From NCBI GenBank assembly GCA_002869725.1, contig PKTY01000137.1:1-50084 (forward strand): a stretch of DNA of 50,084 bases. The letters run 5' to 3'. Position numbers and translations under genes: made by a program. Positions 1 through 10,313 of the stretch are shown here, piece after piece (position 1 is the first letter of the stretch; every line of letters begins with the position of its first letter). The notes beneath the pieces are model-generated. The model saw only the letters and a list, made by a program, of their open reading frames with translations, had not been told where the DNA came from and ran no database searches. The stretch is from Desulfuromonas sp. (lineage in GTDB: Bacteria > Desulfobacterota > Desulfuromonadia > Desulfuromonadales > BM103).

Positions 1-840
1 GTTCATTTCCACGAAGTCGGCGCCGTCGATGCCATTGTCGATGTGGTCGGCTGCGCCATCGGCCTGCAGATGCTGCAGGTCGACCAGACGATCTGCGCCC
101 CCCTCCCCCTCTCCCAAGGATTGACCAAGGGGGCACACGGTCCTCTGCCGCTGCCGGCGCCGGCGACTCTGGAGATTCTCAAGGGGCACCCGGTACGAAA
201 CGGTGACTGTAACCGGGAGCTGGTCACCCCGACCGGGGCCGCACTTGCGGTGAGTCTCGCCGAATTCGGCCCTCTGCCAGAGATGATCGTGGAGCGTACC
301 GGCTACGGAGTCGGCGGCTGGCTGCTCACAGACCGTCCCAACCTGCTGCGCGGCATCCTCGGTGAGGTCACCGACCGGAAGGGACTGGAGCAGGACCGGG
401 TCTGTGTGATCGAAACCCATCTCGACGATACACCAGCCGAATGGCTCGGCTCCCTGCTTGACCGGCTGCTTGAAGCCGGAGCTCTCGATGTTGGCTACAC
501 CCCTTTACAGATGAAGAAAAACCGCCCCGGAGTCCGTGTGACACTGGTTGTTCCGCCGCAACTGAGCGACACTCTGGCCCGGATGCTGCTGCGCGAAACC
601 AGCGCCATCGGTCTGCGCATCTATGAATGCCAGCGGCTCAAACTTCGCCGGGAGACTGTTCAAGTCGACACCGAATTTGGTTTACTGGGAGTCAAGTTGA
701 TTTATGAGGGTGACCAATTGCTGAGGGCGACCCCAGAACATGCCGATTGCGCACGTATCGCTGTCCAAAGCGGCCGGCCGCTGCCGGACATCTATCGAAC
801 GCTCAGCGCCCTGGCCAACCGCCGGTTCGGGCTGGACTGA
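1..840 (+). CDS. larC: LarC-type nickel-pincer cofactor biosynthesis protein (DUF111 family), 5'-truncated by the window edge
   Basis: Frame 1 is open from nt 1 (VHFHEVGAVDAIVDVVGCAIGL...) and continues into listed ORF 43..840. The HFHEVGA-D-I-D-VG block and overall layout match LarC/DUF111. Stop TGA at 838-840. Confidence 0.8.
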   Translation, partial: VHFHEVGAVDAIVDVVGCAIGLQMLQVDQTICAPLPLSQGLTKGAHGPLPLPAPATLEILKGHPVRNGDCNRELVTPTGAALAVSLAEFGPLPEMIVERTGYGVGGWLLTDRPNLLRGILGEVTDRKGLEQDRVCVIETHLDDTPAEWLGSLLDRLLEAGALDVGYTPLQMKKNRPGVRVTLVVPPQLSDTLARMLLRETSAIGLRIYECQRLKLRRETVQVDTEFGLLGVKLIYEGDQLLRATPEHADCARIAVQSGRPLPDIYRTLSALANRRFGLD

Positions 841-842
841 CC

Positions 843-1301
843 ATGCGCAGACTGACCCTTTTTCTGGCCAGTAACGCCGGGCTCGGCTACGCCCCCTTCG
901 CTTCGGGGACAGTCGGCACTCTGGCCGGAATTCCTCTCTTTTACCTGATGGCAAGCTGGCCCTGGTGGCTCTACCTGGTCTGCTGGACAGGCGTGCTGGC
1001 CTTAAGCTTCTGGGTCGCCGGAGCCGCCGGAAAACTCTATGGGGTGGTCGATGACGGTCGGATCGTCATCGATGAACTGGTCGGTTACCTGGTCACGGTC
1101 GCCTTTCTCCCCTGGAGTTGGCAGTCAGCCTGGCTCGGCTTCCTGTGGTTTCGTCTCTTCGACATTCTCAAACCGCCGCCGGCCCGTTGGTTCGACCGCA
1201 GCCTGAAAAACGGCTACGGCGTCGTACTCGACGACGTGGCCGCCGGCCTTTACGGCCTGTGCGCTTTACGAATCAGTCTGATGCTGATCGAACGTCTGTA
1301 A
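843..1301 (+). CDS. pgpA: phosphatidylglycerophosphatase A
   Basis: Listed ORF 747..1301 overlaps larC. The internal ATG at 843, 2 nt after the larC stop, gives MRRLTLFLASNAGLGYAPFASGTVGTLAGIP, a PgpA-type N-terminus. The rest is hydrophobic (IDELVGY..., FRLFDILKPPP). Confidence 0.85.
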   Translation: MRRLTLFLASNAGLGYAPFASGTVGTLAGIPLFYLMASWPWWLYLVCWTGVLALSFWVAGAAGKLYGVVDDGRIVIDELVGYLVTVAFLPWSWQSAWLGFLWFRLFDILKPPPARWFDRSLKNGYGVVLDDVAAGLYGLCALRISLMLIERL

Positions 1302-1313
1302 AGGACCATCCCC

Positions 1314-2573
1314 ATGCCACAGATTGCCATATTGGCCATCGGCGACGAACTGCTCAACGGCGACCAGACCGACACCAACACCGCGGAGATTGCCAGAATC
1401 TTAAGCCGCAACGCCTTCGCCATCAGCAGTTCTCTGACTGTCGGCGACCATGAATTGGCGATCATCACAGCCCTGCAGCGGCTGGCGGCCGATTTCCAGA
1501 TTGTGCTTGTCACAGGCGGGTTGGGACCGACCGACGACGACCGCACCACACGGGCCGCCGCACGCGCCTTCAACCGGCCGTTGACCCTTAACGAGCGGGC
1601 GTTGGAACAGATCCGCCAGCGGTTTCGTGACTGGAAGCGTTCCATGCATCCGGCGAACGAGAAGCAAGCCATGTTGCCACACCGCTCCACCCCGCTCTGC
1701 AACCGCCTCGGAACCGCCCCCGGCTTTCACCTTCACGCAGAGGAGACCGATCTCTACTTCCTGCCGGGAGTTCCCGCTGAGATGCGGGCCATGCTCGACG
1801 AGGAGGTTTTACCGAAAATCTGTCAACGGTTCCCTGATCCACTCCCCAAAGTCCAGCGGGTGCTGACCGTCTTCGGTCTTCCGGAACCGGAGATTGAAGA
1901 CCGTATCCTGAGTAAGGGGCTCGCCGCCGGAGTCGAGCTGGCCTTCGCGGTTGATCTGCCGACCATTGAGGTCAAACTCCGGGCAAGCGGTCCCGAAGCC
2001 GGCAGCCTGGTCGATCGCGCCGAGTTACTGGCTCGCCAGGCACTGGGTGACTATGTGGTCGGCAGCGGTGAAGAGACCCTGGCCGGCAACACGGCGCGAC
2101 TGCTGCGGCTGACTGGCAAGACTCTGGCCCTTGCGGAGTCCTGCACCGGTGGCTTGATTGCCAAACTGCTGACCGACCAACCGGGGGCCTCGGAGTTTCT
2201 CGACCGGAGCCTGGTCACCTACTCCAACACCGCTAAAACCGCGCTGCTGGGAATTCCCGCCGAGCTCATCGAACATCACGGGGCCGTCAGCGCCATTTGT
2301 GCCAGGGCCATGGCAACAGAAGTTCGCCAACGCGCCGGAACCGACCTTGGCCTTGCCGTGACCGGCATCGCAGGTCCGGATGGGGGGACTGAGGAAAAAC
2401 CGGTCGGCACGGTATTCATCGCTTTAAGCAGTGCTTCGAACGTCCGCCTGGAGCGGTTCAACTTCCCCGGCAATCGCTGCCAGATCCGGCTGCGCACCGC
2501 CTGCACCGCTCTCGATTGGCTACGTCGCTCGGCCTTCGAGCAAGAGGCCGAAAGCAAAGAGTTAAGTGTCTGA
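1314..2573 (+). CDS. cinA: CinA family competence/damage-inducible protein (nicotinamide-nucleotide amidohydrolase PncC domain)
   Basis: N-terminal MoCF-like domain (IAILAIGDELLNGDQTDTN) plus C-terminal CinA domain (LALAESCTGGLIA, GIAGPDGG). It sits in the classic position upstream of recA. Confidence 0.9.
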   Translation: MPQIAILAIGDELLNGDQTDTNTAEIARILSRNAFAISSSLTVGDHELAIITALQRLAADFQIVLVTGGLGPTDDDRTTRAAARAFNRPLTLNERALEQIRQRFRDWKRSMHPANEKQAMLPHRSTPLCNRLGTAPGFHLHAEETDLYFLPGVPAEMRAMLDEEVLPKICQRFPDPLPKVQRVLTVFGLPEPEIEDRILSKGLAAGVELAFAVDLPTIEVKLRASGPEAGSLVDRAELLARQALGDYVVGSGEETLAGNTARLLRLTGKTLALAESCTGGLIAKLLTDQPGASEFLDRSLVTYSNTAKTALLGIPAELIEHHGAVSAICARAMATEVRQRAGTDLGLAVTGIAGPDGGTEEKPVGTVFIALSSASNVRLERFNFPGNRCQIRLRTACTALDWLRRSAFEQEAESKELSV

Positions 2574-3153
2574 CAAATCTGTACGCGCCTTTCTTGCCGT
2601 CCCCCTTGGCGGCAAACTCCAGGACAGGTTGGCGGATCTGCAACGGCAACTGAGCAGAGATCTGCCGGGGGTCCGTTGGACGTGCCCTGAGAACCTCCAT
2701 CTGACCCTGCGTTTCTTCGGTGATGTAACGCACGAAGACCTTGAAAAGATCAGAGTTTCTATGCTATCGATAGAGGGCTGTCAGCGGGCTTTCGAGGTTT
2801 CCGCCACCGGCCTTGGCTCCTTCCCTGATCCGCGACGGCCACGTGTCCTCTGGGTTGGGCTCCGCCCTGTGGCTCCGCTACAGGGTTTATATTGGCGCAT
2901 TCAGTCTGCCTTGGCTCTGGCCGGGATTCCGAAAGAACCCCGGCCATTCAGTCCGCACTTGACCATCGGTCGTCTGCGCCAGACCGGACCCGACCTGAGC
3001 TTAAAATTGACCCGCGCCGCCACCCAACGCTACGGTGGCTTTCCGGTTGACCAGTTGGTTCTCTACGAAAGCCGCCTGCATCCCGGTGGCGCTGAACATA
3101 TTCCGCTCAGCAGACTGAAGTTCCCCCTCTGCGAGGAGGACGCTGGGCATTGA
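2566..3153 (+). CDS. thpR: RNA 2',3'-cyclic phosphodiesterase (2H phosphoesterase, LigT/ThpR family)
   Basis: Two H-x-T-x motifs (HLTLRFFG and HLTIGRL) at the expected spacing. The GTG start at 2566 overlaps the cinA stop (GTGTCTGA). Confidence 0.85.
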   Translation: MSDKSVRAFLAVPLGGKLQDRLADLQRQLSRDLPGVRWTCPENLHLTLRFFGDVTHEDLEKIRVSMLSIEGCQRAFEVSATGLGSFPDPRRPRVLWVGLRPVAPLQGLYWRIQSALALAGIPKEPRPFSPHLTIGRLRQTGPDLSLKLTRAATQRYGGFPVDQLVLYESRLHPGGAEHIPLSRLKFPLCEEDAGH

Positions 3154-3215
3154 TTGCATTGGTGAGGCTTGATTGTTGAAATCGACACTGAACAGCGACA
3201 AGGAGGGTAACCCGC

Positions 3216-4238
3216 ATGAGCAGTACTGACCGCAACCGCGCCATTGAATTGGCAATGGGACAGATCGAGAAACAGTTCGGCAAAGGGAGTATCATGCGTC
3301 TGGGTGAGGACATGGCCCTGCCGGACATCCAGGCGATCCCTTCGGGCTCATTGGGCTTGAATATCGCCCTTGGGGTCGGCGGTGTCCCCCGCGGACGGAT
3401 TATCGAGATCTACGGGCCGGAATCTTCCGGCAAGACCACCCTGGCCCTGCACATTGCCGCCGAAGCCCAAAAACTTGGCGGCGTTGCGGCCTTCATCGAC
3501 GCCGAGCACGCCCTCGACATCCATTACGCCCGCAAGTTGGGGGTCAAAACCGACGATCTGTTGGTCTCTCAGCCCGACACCGGGGAGCAAGCCCTCGAGA
3601 TCACCGAAGTCCTGGTCCGTAGCGGGGCCATCGATATTCTGGTCATCGATTCAGTTGCGGCCTTGGTTCCCCGGGCAGAAATCGAAGGGGAGATGGGGGA
3701 CTCCCACATGGGCCTACAGGCCCGTCTCATGTCCCAGGCCCTGCGCAAACTGACGGCCACCATCAGCAAATCGAACTGCTGTGTGATCTTCATCAACCAG
3801 ATCCGCATGAAGATCGGCGTCATGTTCGGCAACCCGGAGACCACTACCGGCGGCAACGCCCTCAAATTTTACGCCTCGGTGCGCATGGATATCCGTCGCA
3901 TTGCCTCCCTCAAGCAGGGACAGGACCAGATCGGCAACCGGACCCGTGTCAAGGTGGTCAAGAACAAGGTGGCCCCCCCCTTCAAGGAAGCCGAGTTCGA
4001 TATCATGTACGGGGCCGGCATCTCGAAAGTCGGCGAACTGGTCGACATGGGGGTCGAGTGCGGGGTGGTCGATAAGAGCGGTTCCTGGTTTTCCTACGGG
4101 CCCGACCGCATCGGGCAGGGCCGCGAAAATGCCAAGCAGTACCTCACCGACAACCCGGACATTGCAACCCAGATCGAATCGAGGATTCTTGAACATTTCG
4201 GACTCGTTCCCGCTTCAGCCCCTGTGGAGAAAGCATAA
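3216..4238 (+). CDS. recA: recombinase RecA
   Basis: Full-length RecA. Walker A is GPESSGKTT, and the block [32 protein letters not shown] is present. AAGGAGGG Shine-Dalgarno lies upstream. Confidence 0.98.
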   Translation: MSSTDRNRAIELAMGQIEKQFGKGSIMRLGEDMALPDIQAIPSGSLGLNIALGVGGVPRGRIIEIYGPESSGKTTLALHIAAEAQKLGGVAAFIDAEHALDIHYARKLGVKTDDLLVSQPDTGEQALEITEVLVRSGAIDILVIDSVAALVPRAEIEGEMGDSHMGLQARLMSQALRKLTATISKSNCCVIFINQIRMKIGVMFGNPETTTGGNALKFYASVRMDIRRIASLKQGQDQIGNRTRVKVVKNKVAPPFKEAEFDIMYGAGISKVGELVDMGVECGVVDKSGSWFSYGPDRIGQGRENAKQYLTDNPDIATQIESRILEHFGLVPASAPVEKA

Positions 4239-4241
4239 GCC

Positions 4242-5372
4242 ATGGATCTCAATGAAATTCTTTCAGTCGGACTGAAATCCAACGCCTCGGACATTCATCT
4301 CAAGGCGGGACTGCCACCGATCTATCGCATCGACGGCACCCTGCGCCCGCTCCCCAAAGCACCACGCATCAGCCCGCAGATGACCGAGCAGATCTGCGAG
4401 GACATCATGAATGACCTGCAGCGGGAACGTTTTGAAACGGCCCGTGAAGTCGACCTCGCCTACGGAGTTCCCGGCCTTGGACGTTTCCGCGTCAATGCCT
4501 TTACCCAGCGCGGTTCGGTCTCCCTGGTGTTCCGAGCCATTCCATTCGACATCAAGAGTCTCGACGACCTGCTGCTGCCACCGGTCATCAAGAAAATGTG
4601 CATGGCCAACCGCGGGCTGATCCTGGTGACCGGAGCGACCGGATCGGGGAAATCGACCACTCTGGCCGCCGTCATCGACTACATCAACGCCAACCGCAAA
4701 TCGCACATCGTCACCATCGAAGACCCTATCGAGTTCCTGCACCGCGACAAGAAAAGCATTATCAACCAGCGGGAAATCGGTTCGGACACCCAGGGGTTTC
4801 AGGTGGCGCTGAAGAGCGCCCTGCGCCAGGACCCAGACGTCATCCTGGTCGGTGAGATGCGTGACCATGAAACCATCGAAACGGCGCTGCTCGCAGCCGA
4901 GACCGGCCACCTGGTTTTGTCGACTCTCCACACCATCGACGCCACAGAAACCGTCAACCGCATCATCTCGGTCTTCCCCCCGTTCCAACAGCGTCAGGTC
5001 CGCATTCAGCTGGCTGCGGTTTTGCGGGGGGTGGTCTCCATGCGCCTGGTGCCTCGCATCGATGGCAAGGGGCGGGTGCCCGCGGTCGAGGTAATGGTCG
5101 CTTCGGCCCGGGTGCGCAAGATGATCGACGACAAGGACCAGACCAAGCAGCTCCCCGACGCGATCCAGCAGGGTTACCAGTCCTACGGCATGCAGACCTT
5201 CGACCAATCGCTGATGAGCCTGCTTAAAAACAAACTGATCAGCTTCGACGAGGCGTTGCGCCAATGCTCAAATCCTGACGATTTTAAGCTCAAGGTTTCA
5301 GGCGTCTCCTCGACCTCCGACCTGTCCTGGGATTCCTTTGGTGGCGATGCCAAGGATGACGACGAAGAGTAA
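4242..5372 (+). CDS. pilT: type IV pilus retraction ATPase, PilT family
   Basis: Walker A GATGSGKST, Asp box, Walker B ILVGEMRD and His box GHLVLSTLHT. The N-terminus ASDIHLKAGLPPIYRIDG is typical of PilT/PilU. It starts 3 nt after the recA stop. Confidence 0.9.
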   Translation: MDLNEILSVGLKSNASDIHLKAGLPPIYRIDGTLRPLPKAPRISPQMTEQICEDIMNDLQRERFETAREVDLAYGVPGLGRFRVNAFTQRGSVSLVFRAIPFDIKSLDDLLLPPVIKKMCMANRGLILVTGATGSGKSTTLAAVIDYINANRKSHIVTIEDPIEFLHRDKKSIINQREIGSDTQGFQVALKSALRQDPDVILVGEMRDHETIETALLAAETGHLVLSTLHTIDATETVNRIISVFPPFQQRQVRIQLAAVLRGVVSMRLVPRIDGKGRVPAVEVMVASARVRKMIDDKDQTKQLPDAIQQGYQSYGMQTFDQSLMSLLKNKLISFDEALRQCSNPDDFKLKVSGVSSTSDLSWDSFGGDAKDDDEE

Positions 5373-5841
5373 CAACACGCCGGGTCCCAACGCCCTGGCT
5401 TCGGCGCTGCACCTGTTAACCGGACGTGACCTCAGTACACGCCGGCTGCGCCACAAGCTGCAGCAAAAAGGACATAGCGACGCCGAAATCGATGCTGCCA
5501 TCGAACGCTGTCAGCAGTTAGGTTACCTTGATGATCTGCGCTTTGCGCGCGACAGGGTGCGCAGACAGCTCAGCCAAGGGAGGATGACCGGGCGAAGACT
5601 CTCCATGGATCTGCGTCAGCAGGGGCTGAGTGAGCAGGTTGCCGTTCAGGCCATGGAGGAAGCGGCGACTGAGTTTGACGAGGGCAAAGTCCTGGCTGAA
5701 CTGGTGGCCCGACGCTTCCCAGATTTCTCTTACCCGACGGCAACCGCCAGAGATCGCCGCCGGGTCGTGCAGTTCCTGCAACGCAGGGGGTTCCCCCTGG
5801 ACCAGATTATGACGACACTGACTCGGAAAGGTTTTGATTAG
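5347..5841 (+). CDS. recX: recombination regulator RecX
   Basis: RecX-like helical repeats (ALHLLTGRDLSTRRLRHKLQQKGHSDAEIDAAIERCQQLGYLDDLRFA). The start is ambiguous (TTG 5338, ATG 5347, ATG 5356) and overlaps the pilT 3' end. Confidence 0.85.
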   Translation: MPRMTTKSNNTPGPNALASALHLLTGRDLSTRRLRHKLQQKGHSDAEIDAAIERCQQLGYLDDLRFARDRVRRQLSQGRMTGRRLSMDLRQQGLSEQVAVQAMEEAATEFDEGKVLAELVARRFPDFSYPTATARDRRRVVQFLQRRGFPLDQIMTTLTRKGFD

Positions 5842-5844
5842 ACA

Positions 5845-8490
5845 ATGATGACAGGCAGTGATATTCGCCAGCAATTTCTCGACTACTTTTCTCAGCGTGG
5901 ACATACGGTAGTCTCCTCCTCATCGCTGATCCCGCACAACGATCCGACCCTGCTGTTCACCAACGCCGGCATGAACCAGTTTAAGGACTGTTTCCTCGGC
6001 CAGGAGAAGCGCGACTACCTGCGCGCCGCCAGCTCACAGAAATGCGTGCGGGCCGGTGGCAAGCACAACGATCTGGAAAATGTCGGCCGAACCGCCCGTC
6101 ATCACACCTTCTTCGAAATGCTGGGCAACTTCTCCTTCGGCGACTATTTCAAGAAGGAGGCGATCGCCTACGCCTGGGAATTTCTGACTGTCGACCTCAA
6201 ACTCGACAAGTCGCGCCTCTACGTCTCCGTCTATACCGACGATGACGAAGCCGCCGACATCTGGCATCAACAGCAAGGGGTTCCCCGCGAACGAATCTTT
6301 CGCTTCGAGGAGGACAATTTCTGGTCGATGGGAGACACCGGACCCTGTGGCCCCTGTTCGGAGATCTTCTGGGACAACGGCCCGGAAGTCGGCTGCGCCA
6401 GCCCCGACTGTACCGTCGGCTGCGACTGCGATCGCTACATGGAGATCTGGAACAACGTCTTCATGCAGTTTAACCGCAGCGCCGACGGCACCCTCACTCC
6501 GCTACCAAAGCCAGCCGTCGATACCGGAATGGGACTGGAACGGATTACGACGGTGATCCAGGGGGTCCACTCAAACTACGACACCGACCTGCTGCGCAGC
6601 ATTATCGCCAACATCGAGGAACTCGCCGGCAAACGTTACGGCGCGAACACCGACGACGACGTGTCGATGCGGGTGATGGCCGACCACAGTCGAGCCATGG
6701 CCTTTCTGATTGCCGATGGTGTGCTGCCGAGCAACGAAGGACGTGGTTACGTGTTGCGCCGGATCATGCGCCGCGCCATGCGCCATGCCAAAATGCTCGG
6801 CTTTGGCGACCCGGTCCTCTACAAAACGGCGTCCTTTGTTCTCAACCTGATGGCCAAGGCCTATCCGGCCGAGGCCGAGCGCGGGGCTTTTGTCGCACGG
6901 GTGGTCAATAACGAGGAAGAGCGCTTCATGCAGACCCTCGACAACGGCCTGCGCATCCTCAACGAAGAAGTCGACAAACTCAAGCAGGCCGGCAACACAG
7001 CAATCCCCGGCCCAGTGCTGTTCAAACTGTATGACACCTACGGCTTCCCGGTCGACCTGACCGCCGACATCGTCGAAGCCGAGGGTTTCACTGTTGATGA
7101 ACCGGGGTTCGAGTCCTGCATGGAACAGCAGCGTCAAAAAGCCCGAGAGCACTGGAAAGGCTCCGGTGAAGAAGTCATCGAGGCCGCCTACCACACCCTG
7201 CGCGAGCAGGGCATCAGGGTAACATTTCAAGGCTACGATGTGCTGACCGACAGTTCGCAGGTCCTGGCCATCCTCAAGGATGGCGAACCGGTCAGCCAGG
7301 CTTCTGCTGGACAGCAGATCGAGGTGGTCACCGCCAGCACCCCCTTCTATGGCGAGTCGGGGGGCCAGGTTGGCGATGGCGGCCTGATCAGCGCCCCGGA
7401 GCTTGAACTGCGCATCGACGACACCCGCCGGCCGCTGCCGGAACTGACCGTCCACATCGGCGAAATTGTCAGCGGAACCCTGGCCATTGATCAGCAGGTC
7501 ACCCTCGAAGTCGATGCCGAACAGCGCCTGGCCACGGCCTTGAACCATACGGCGACCCACATTCTGCAGGCAGTGCTCATCGAAGTCCTCGGCGACCATG
7601 TGCGCCAGGCCGGATCTCTGGTGACGCCGGAGCGGTTGCGCTTCGACTTCAATCACTTTTCGGCCCTCAGCGACGACGAACTGAACCGCATCGAGATCGA
7701 GGTCAATCGCCGCATCCGCGACAACCTGCCGGTCGATACCCGCGAAATGGATATCGAGGAGGCGATTGCTGCCGGAGCGACCGCCCTGTTCGGCGAGAAG
7801 TACAGCGAGCAGGTGCGGGTGGTCAACCTTGGCGAGCTGAGCATGGAACTTTGCGGCGGCACCCACGCCAAGGCCTCCGGGGATATTGGCCTGTTCCGTA
7901 TCATTCAGGAATCGGGGATCGCCGCAGGCGTTCGCCGCATCGAGGCCACAACCGGCAAAAGAGCACTGGAACTGGTCCAACAGCAAGACCAGACTGTCGC
8001 CCGCATGGCATCTTTGGTCAAAAGTGATCGGGCTCAGCTTGAAAACCGCCTTGGCAAACTGCTCGAACGACAAAAAGAGTTGGAGCGGGAGCTGGCCACC
8101 CTCGAGAGCCGCCTCAAAGCCGGCCAGGCTGATGACCTGCTGGCTTCAGCCGTCGAAATCGCCGATTTCCGTGTGCTGGCAGCCGAAGTGGAGGCAAGTG
8201 ACGGCAAAGGGATGCGGGAAATGGCCGACAAGCTGCGCGACAAACTGGGGCGGGGAGTGATCGTCATCGGCTGCGCCTTTGAGGGCAAAGCAAACCTGCT
8301 GGTCGCTGTCTCCAGCGATCTCACCGACCGCCTGCATGCCGGAAAACTGGTTGGTGAGTTGGCGTCGGCTGTCGGCGGCCGCGGCGGTGGGCGACCCGAC
8401 CTGGCCCAAGCAGGTGGTTCTCAACCCGAGAACCTGACCAAAGCCATGGCCCTGGCCGCGGATCTGGTCCGCCGGGCAGTCGGCAATTAA
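5845..8490 (+). CDS. alaS: alanine--tRNA ligase
   Basis: 881 aa. It has the class II catalytic core ([10 protein letters not shown]), the editing-domain motif HTATH and a C-terminal DHHA1-like region. Confidence 0.98.
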   Translation: MMTGSDIRQQFLDYFSQRGHTVVSSSSLIPHNDPTLLFTNAGMNQFKDCFLGQEKRDYLRAASSQKCVRAGGKHNDLENVGRTARHHTFFEMLGNFSFGDYFKKEAIAYAWEFLTVDLKLDKSRLYVSVYTDDDEAADIWHQQQGVPRERIFRFEEDNFWSMGDTGPCGPCSEIFWDNGPEVGCASPDCTVGCDCDRYMEIWNNVFMQFNRSADGTLTPLPKPAVDTGMGLERITTVIQGVHSNYDTDLLRSIIANIEELAGKRYGANTDDDVSMRVMADHSRAMAFLIADGVLPSNEGRGYVLRRIMRRAMRHAKMLGFGDPVLYKTASFVLNLMAKAYPAEAERGAFVARVVNNEEERFMQTLDNGLRILNEEVDKLKQAGNTAIPGPVLFKLYDTYGFPVDLTADIVEAEGFTVDEPGFESCMEQQRQKAREHWKGSGEEVIEAAYHTLREQGIRVTFQGYDVLTDSSQVLAILKDGEPVSQASAGQQIEVVTASTPFYGESGGQVGDGGLISAPELELRIDDTRRPLPELTVHIGEIVSGTLAIDQQVTLEVDAEQRLATALNHTATHILQAVLIEVLGDHVRQAGSLVTPERLRFDFNHFSALSDDELNRIEIEVNRRIRDNLPVDTREMDIEEAIAAGATALFGEKYSEQVRVVNLGELSMELCGGTHAKASGDIGLFRIIQESGIAAGVRRIEATTGKRALELVQQQDQTVARMASLVKSDRAQLENRLGKLLERQKELERELATLESRLKAGQADDLLASAVEIADFRVLAAEVEASDGKGMREMADKLRDKLGRGVIVIGCAFEGKANLLVAVSSDLTDRLHAGKLVGELASAVGGRGGGRPDLAQAGGSQPENLTKAMALAADLVRRAVGN

Positions 8491-8534
8491 GCTGTTCATC
8501 AGCAGCACGAGGCAGTCCACAAAGGGAGCCCGCT

Positions 8535-9686
8535 GTGCGCATCGAAATGCTGGGGCAACCCCAGTTGCTTCAGGAGAAAGAGCGCCCCACCATTCTGGTC
8601 GTCGATGACGAGGAGCTGATTCGCGATCTGTGTATGAGCGCTCTCAAGGGCTACCGCCTGCTTCAGGCAGGAAACGGTCAAGAGGCCCTCGACCTGCTTG
8701 ATCACCAGCCCGTCGACCTGGTACTGGCTGATGTCATGATGCCGGTGATGAACGGCCTTGACCTGCTGATGCAGATCAAAGAGCGCGATCCGGGGCAGCT
8801 GGTGGTCATCATGACCGGCTACGCCGACAAGGAGGTTGTCCTGCGGGCCCTCAAGGCCGACGCTGACGATTTCATCCAGAAGCCGATCAACCTGCTGCAG
8901 CTCAAAACCACCATCGAGAAAGCCCTGGAAAAGAGGAACCTGCGCCGCGAGCTGTCTCAACTCAAACAGCTTGATCGCATCAAGGCCGACTTTCTGGGTC
9001 TGATTTCTCACAAGCTGCGCACTCCGACCACCTCGATCTCGCTGTTCATTCAGAATCTGGCCAGCGGCACATTCGATTCCACCGACCCGTCATTCAGCGA
9101 AGCCCTCAAGGCAATCCGCGAAGAGTCGGACTACCTGGCCTACCTGATTCAAGATCTGCTCTACTACAGCGACATCATTCTGCAGGACGAAAAACCTCAG
9201 CTCAGCCGCCAGGACCTCCGAGAAGTCGCGGTCAACGTCCTGGCGGAGAAACGGGGTGCGGCCGCGGAAAAAGGGATTTACCTGCACAATCGGCTGACCG
9301 GCCAATGGCCTGCTCTTCAGATGGACCGGCGGCGCATCCATTTTGCTCTGAGCGCCCTGCTCGACAACGCCATCAAGTTCTCACCACGCGGCAGCCAGGT
9401 GACCCTCTCCGGACAGATTGGCGAGGAGAACATTTCGGTATCGATCAGTGACAACGGTCCGGGAATTGCGGCGGAAGAAGTCGCCAAAGTCTTTGAGAAA
9501 TTCTATCAGATCGACCCCTACAAAACCGGGCAGGTACGCGGCTTCGGCCTCGGCCTGTTCTATGCCCGCCAATTTGTCCGTGATCACGGTGGCAGCATGC
9601 TCCTCGAAAGCAGTCCGGGGGCCGGCACCACCGCGACCATCACCCTGCCACACAAGGTTCTGGCTGAAATCGCCGCAAATCACTGA
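8535..9686 (+). CDS. hybrid two-component protein: N-terminal receiver + HisKA + HATPase_c (no transmembrane or sensor domain seen)
   Basis: REC domain (ILVVDDEELIRD, LVLADVMMPVMNGLD, MTGYADK, FIQKP), H-box FLGLISHKLRTP and an ATPase G-boxes region (DNGPGI, GFGLGL). GTG start with GGGAG upstream. Confidence 0.85.
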   Translation: MRIEMLGQPQLLQEKERPTILVVDDEELIRDLCMSALKGYRLLQAGNGQEALDLLDHQPVDLVLADVMMPVMNGLDLLMQIKERDPGQLVVIMTGYADKEVVLRALKADADDFIQKPINLLQLKTTIEKALEKRNLRRELSQLKQLDRIKADFLGLISHKLRTPTTSISLFIQNLASGTFDSTDPSFSEALKAIREESDYLAYLIQDLLYYSDIILQDEKPQLSRQDLREVAVNVLAEKRGAAAEKGIYLHNRLTGQWPALQMDRRRIHFALSALLDNAIKFSPRGSQVTLSGQIGEENISVSISDNGPGIAAEEVAKVFEKFYQIDPYKTGQVRGFGLGLFYARQFVRDHGGSMLLESSPGAGTTATITLPHKVLAEIAANH

Positions 9687-9785
9687 ACCATCCCCTCAAC
9701 CCGGCATTTTTCTTTATTGAAGTCGGCGGCTATGCTATATTTCTGGCATTTTTCGCTGGATTCGAGCGGCCTTTGGAGAAACGAG

Positions 9786-10313
9786 ATGTTCAAAGGGACC
9801 ACCATCCTCTGTGTACGCCGCGACAGCAGTGTGGCTATGGCCGGCGACGGCCAGGTCAGCCTTGGCAACACCGTGATGAAGCAGACCGCCCGCAAGCTGC
9901 GTCGCATGTACAACGACCAGGTTGTCGCCGGCTTTGCCGGCAGCACCGCCGACGCCTTCACTCTCTTCGAGAAGTTCGAGGCCAAGCTTCAGGAGCACCG
10001 TGGCAACCTGCAGCGGGCAGCGGTCGAACTGGCCAAGGACTGGCGCACTGACCGCATCTTACGTCGCCTGGAAGCTCTGCTGATTGTTGCAGACCGGTCT
10101 ACAACCCTGATCCTCTCCGGCGCCGGCGATGTCATCGAACCTGAGCATGGGATTGCCGCCATCGGCTCCGGCGGCATGTACGCCCTGGCTGCGGCTCGAG
10201 CCTTGACCCGTCACACCGAACTGCCCGCCGCACAGATCGCCGAACAGGCCCTGCTGGTTGCTGCCGACATCTGCGTCTTTACCAATGACCAGGTCATCGT
10301 GGAGACTTTGTAA
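9786..10313 (+). CDS. hslV: ATP-dependent protease subunit HslV
   Basis: The internal ATG of listed ORF 9717..10313 gives [13 protein letters not shown].., the HslV N-terminal Thr region. GSGG is present ([13 protein letters not shown]). It sits immediately upstream of hslU. Confidence 0.92.
   Translation: MFKGTTILCVRRDSSVAMAGDGQVSLGNTVMKQTARKLRRMYNDQVVAGFAGSTADAFTLFEKFEAKLQEHRGNLQRAAVELAKDWRTDRILRRLEALLIVADRSTTLILSGAGDVIEPEHGIAAIGSGGMYALAAARALTRHTELPAAQIAEQALLVAADICVFTNDQVIVETL

Noticed and set aside
747-842. N-terminal 32 codons of listed ORF 747..1301
   Set aside because: This extension overlaps the larC 3' end. The PgpA-like sequence begins at the internal ATG 843, right after the larC stop.
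3154-3215. Looked for a LexA/SOS box upstream of recA
   Set aside because: I saw no CTGT-N8-ACAG or GGTT-N2-C-N4-G-N3-ACC type palindrome. The only palindrome (GGGTAACCC) overlaps the Shine-Dalgarno region and matches neither consensus.
4263-5264. 333-aa minus-strand ORF
   Set aside because: It is antisense to pilT, so it is a shadow ORF.
6571-8073. 500-aa minus-strand ORF
   Set aside because: It is entirely antisense to alaS. The Val/Gly/Ala/Asp/Leu-rich composition is typical of a shadow ORF in GC-rich DNA, and no motifs are present.
9711-9745. Sigma32-like heat-shock promoter upstream of hslVU (ATTGAAG ... CTATATTT)
   Set aside because: The hexamers are only partial matches, and the spacing (about 13 nt between elements) fits neither sigma32 nor sigma70 cleanly. 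It is too weak to call.
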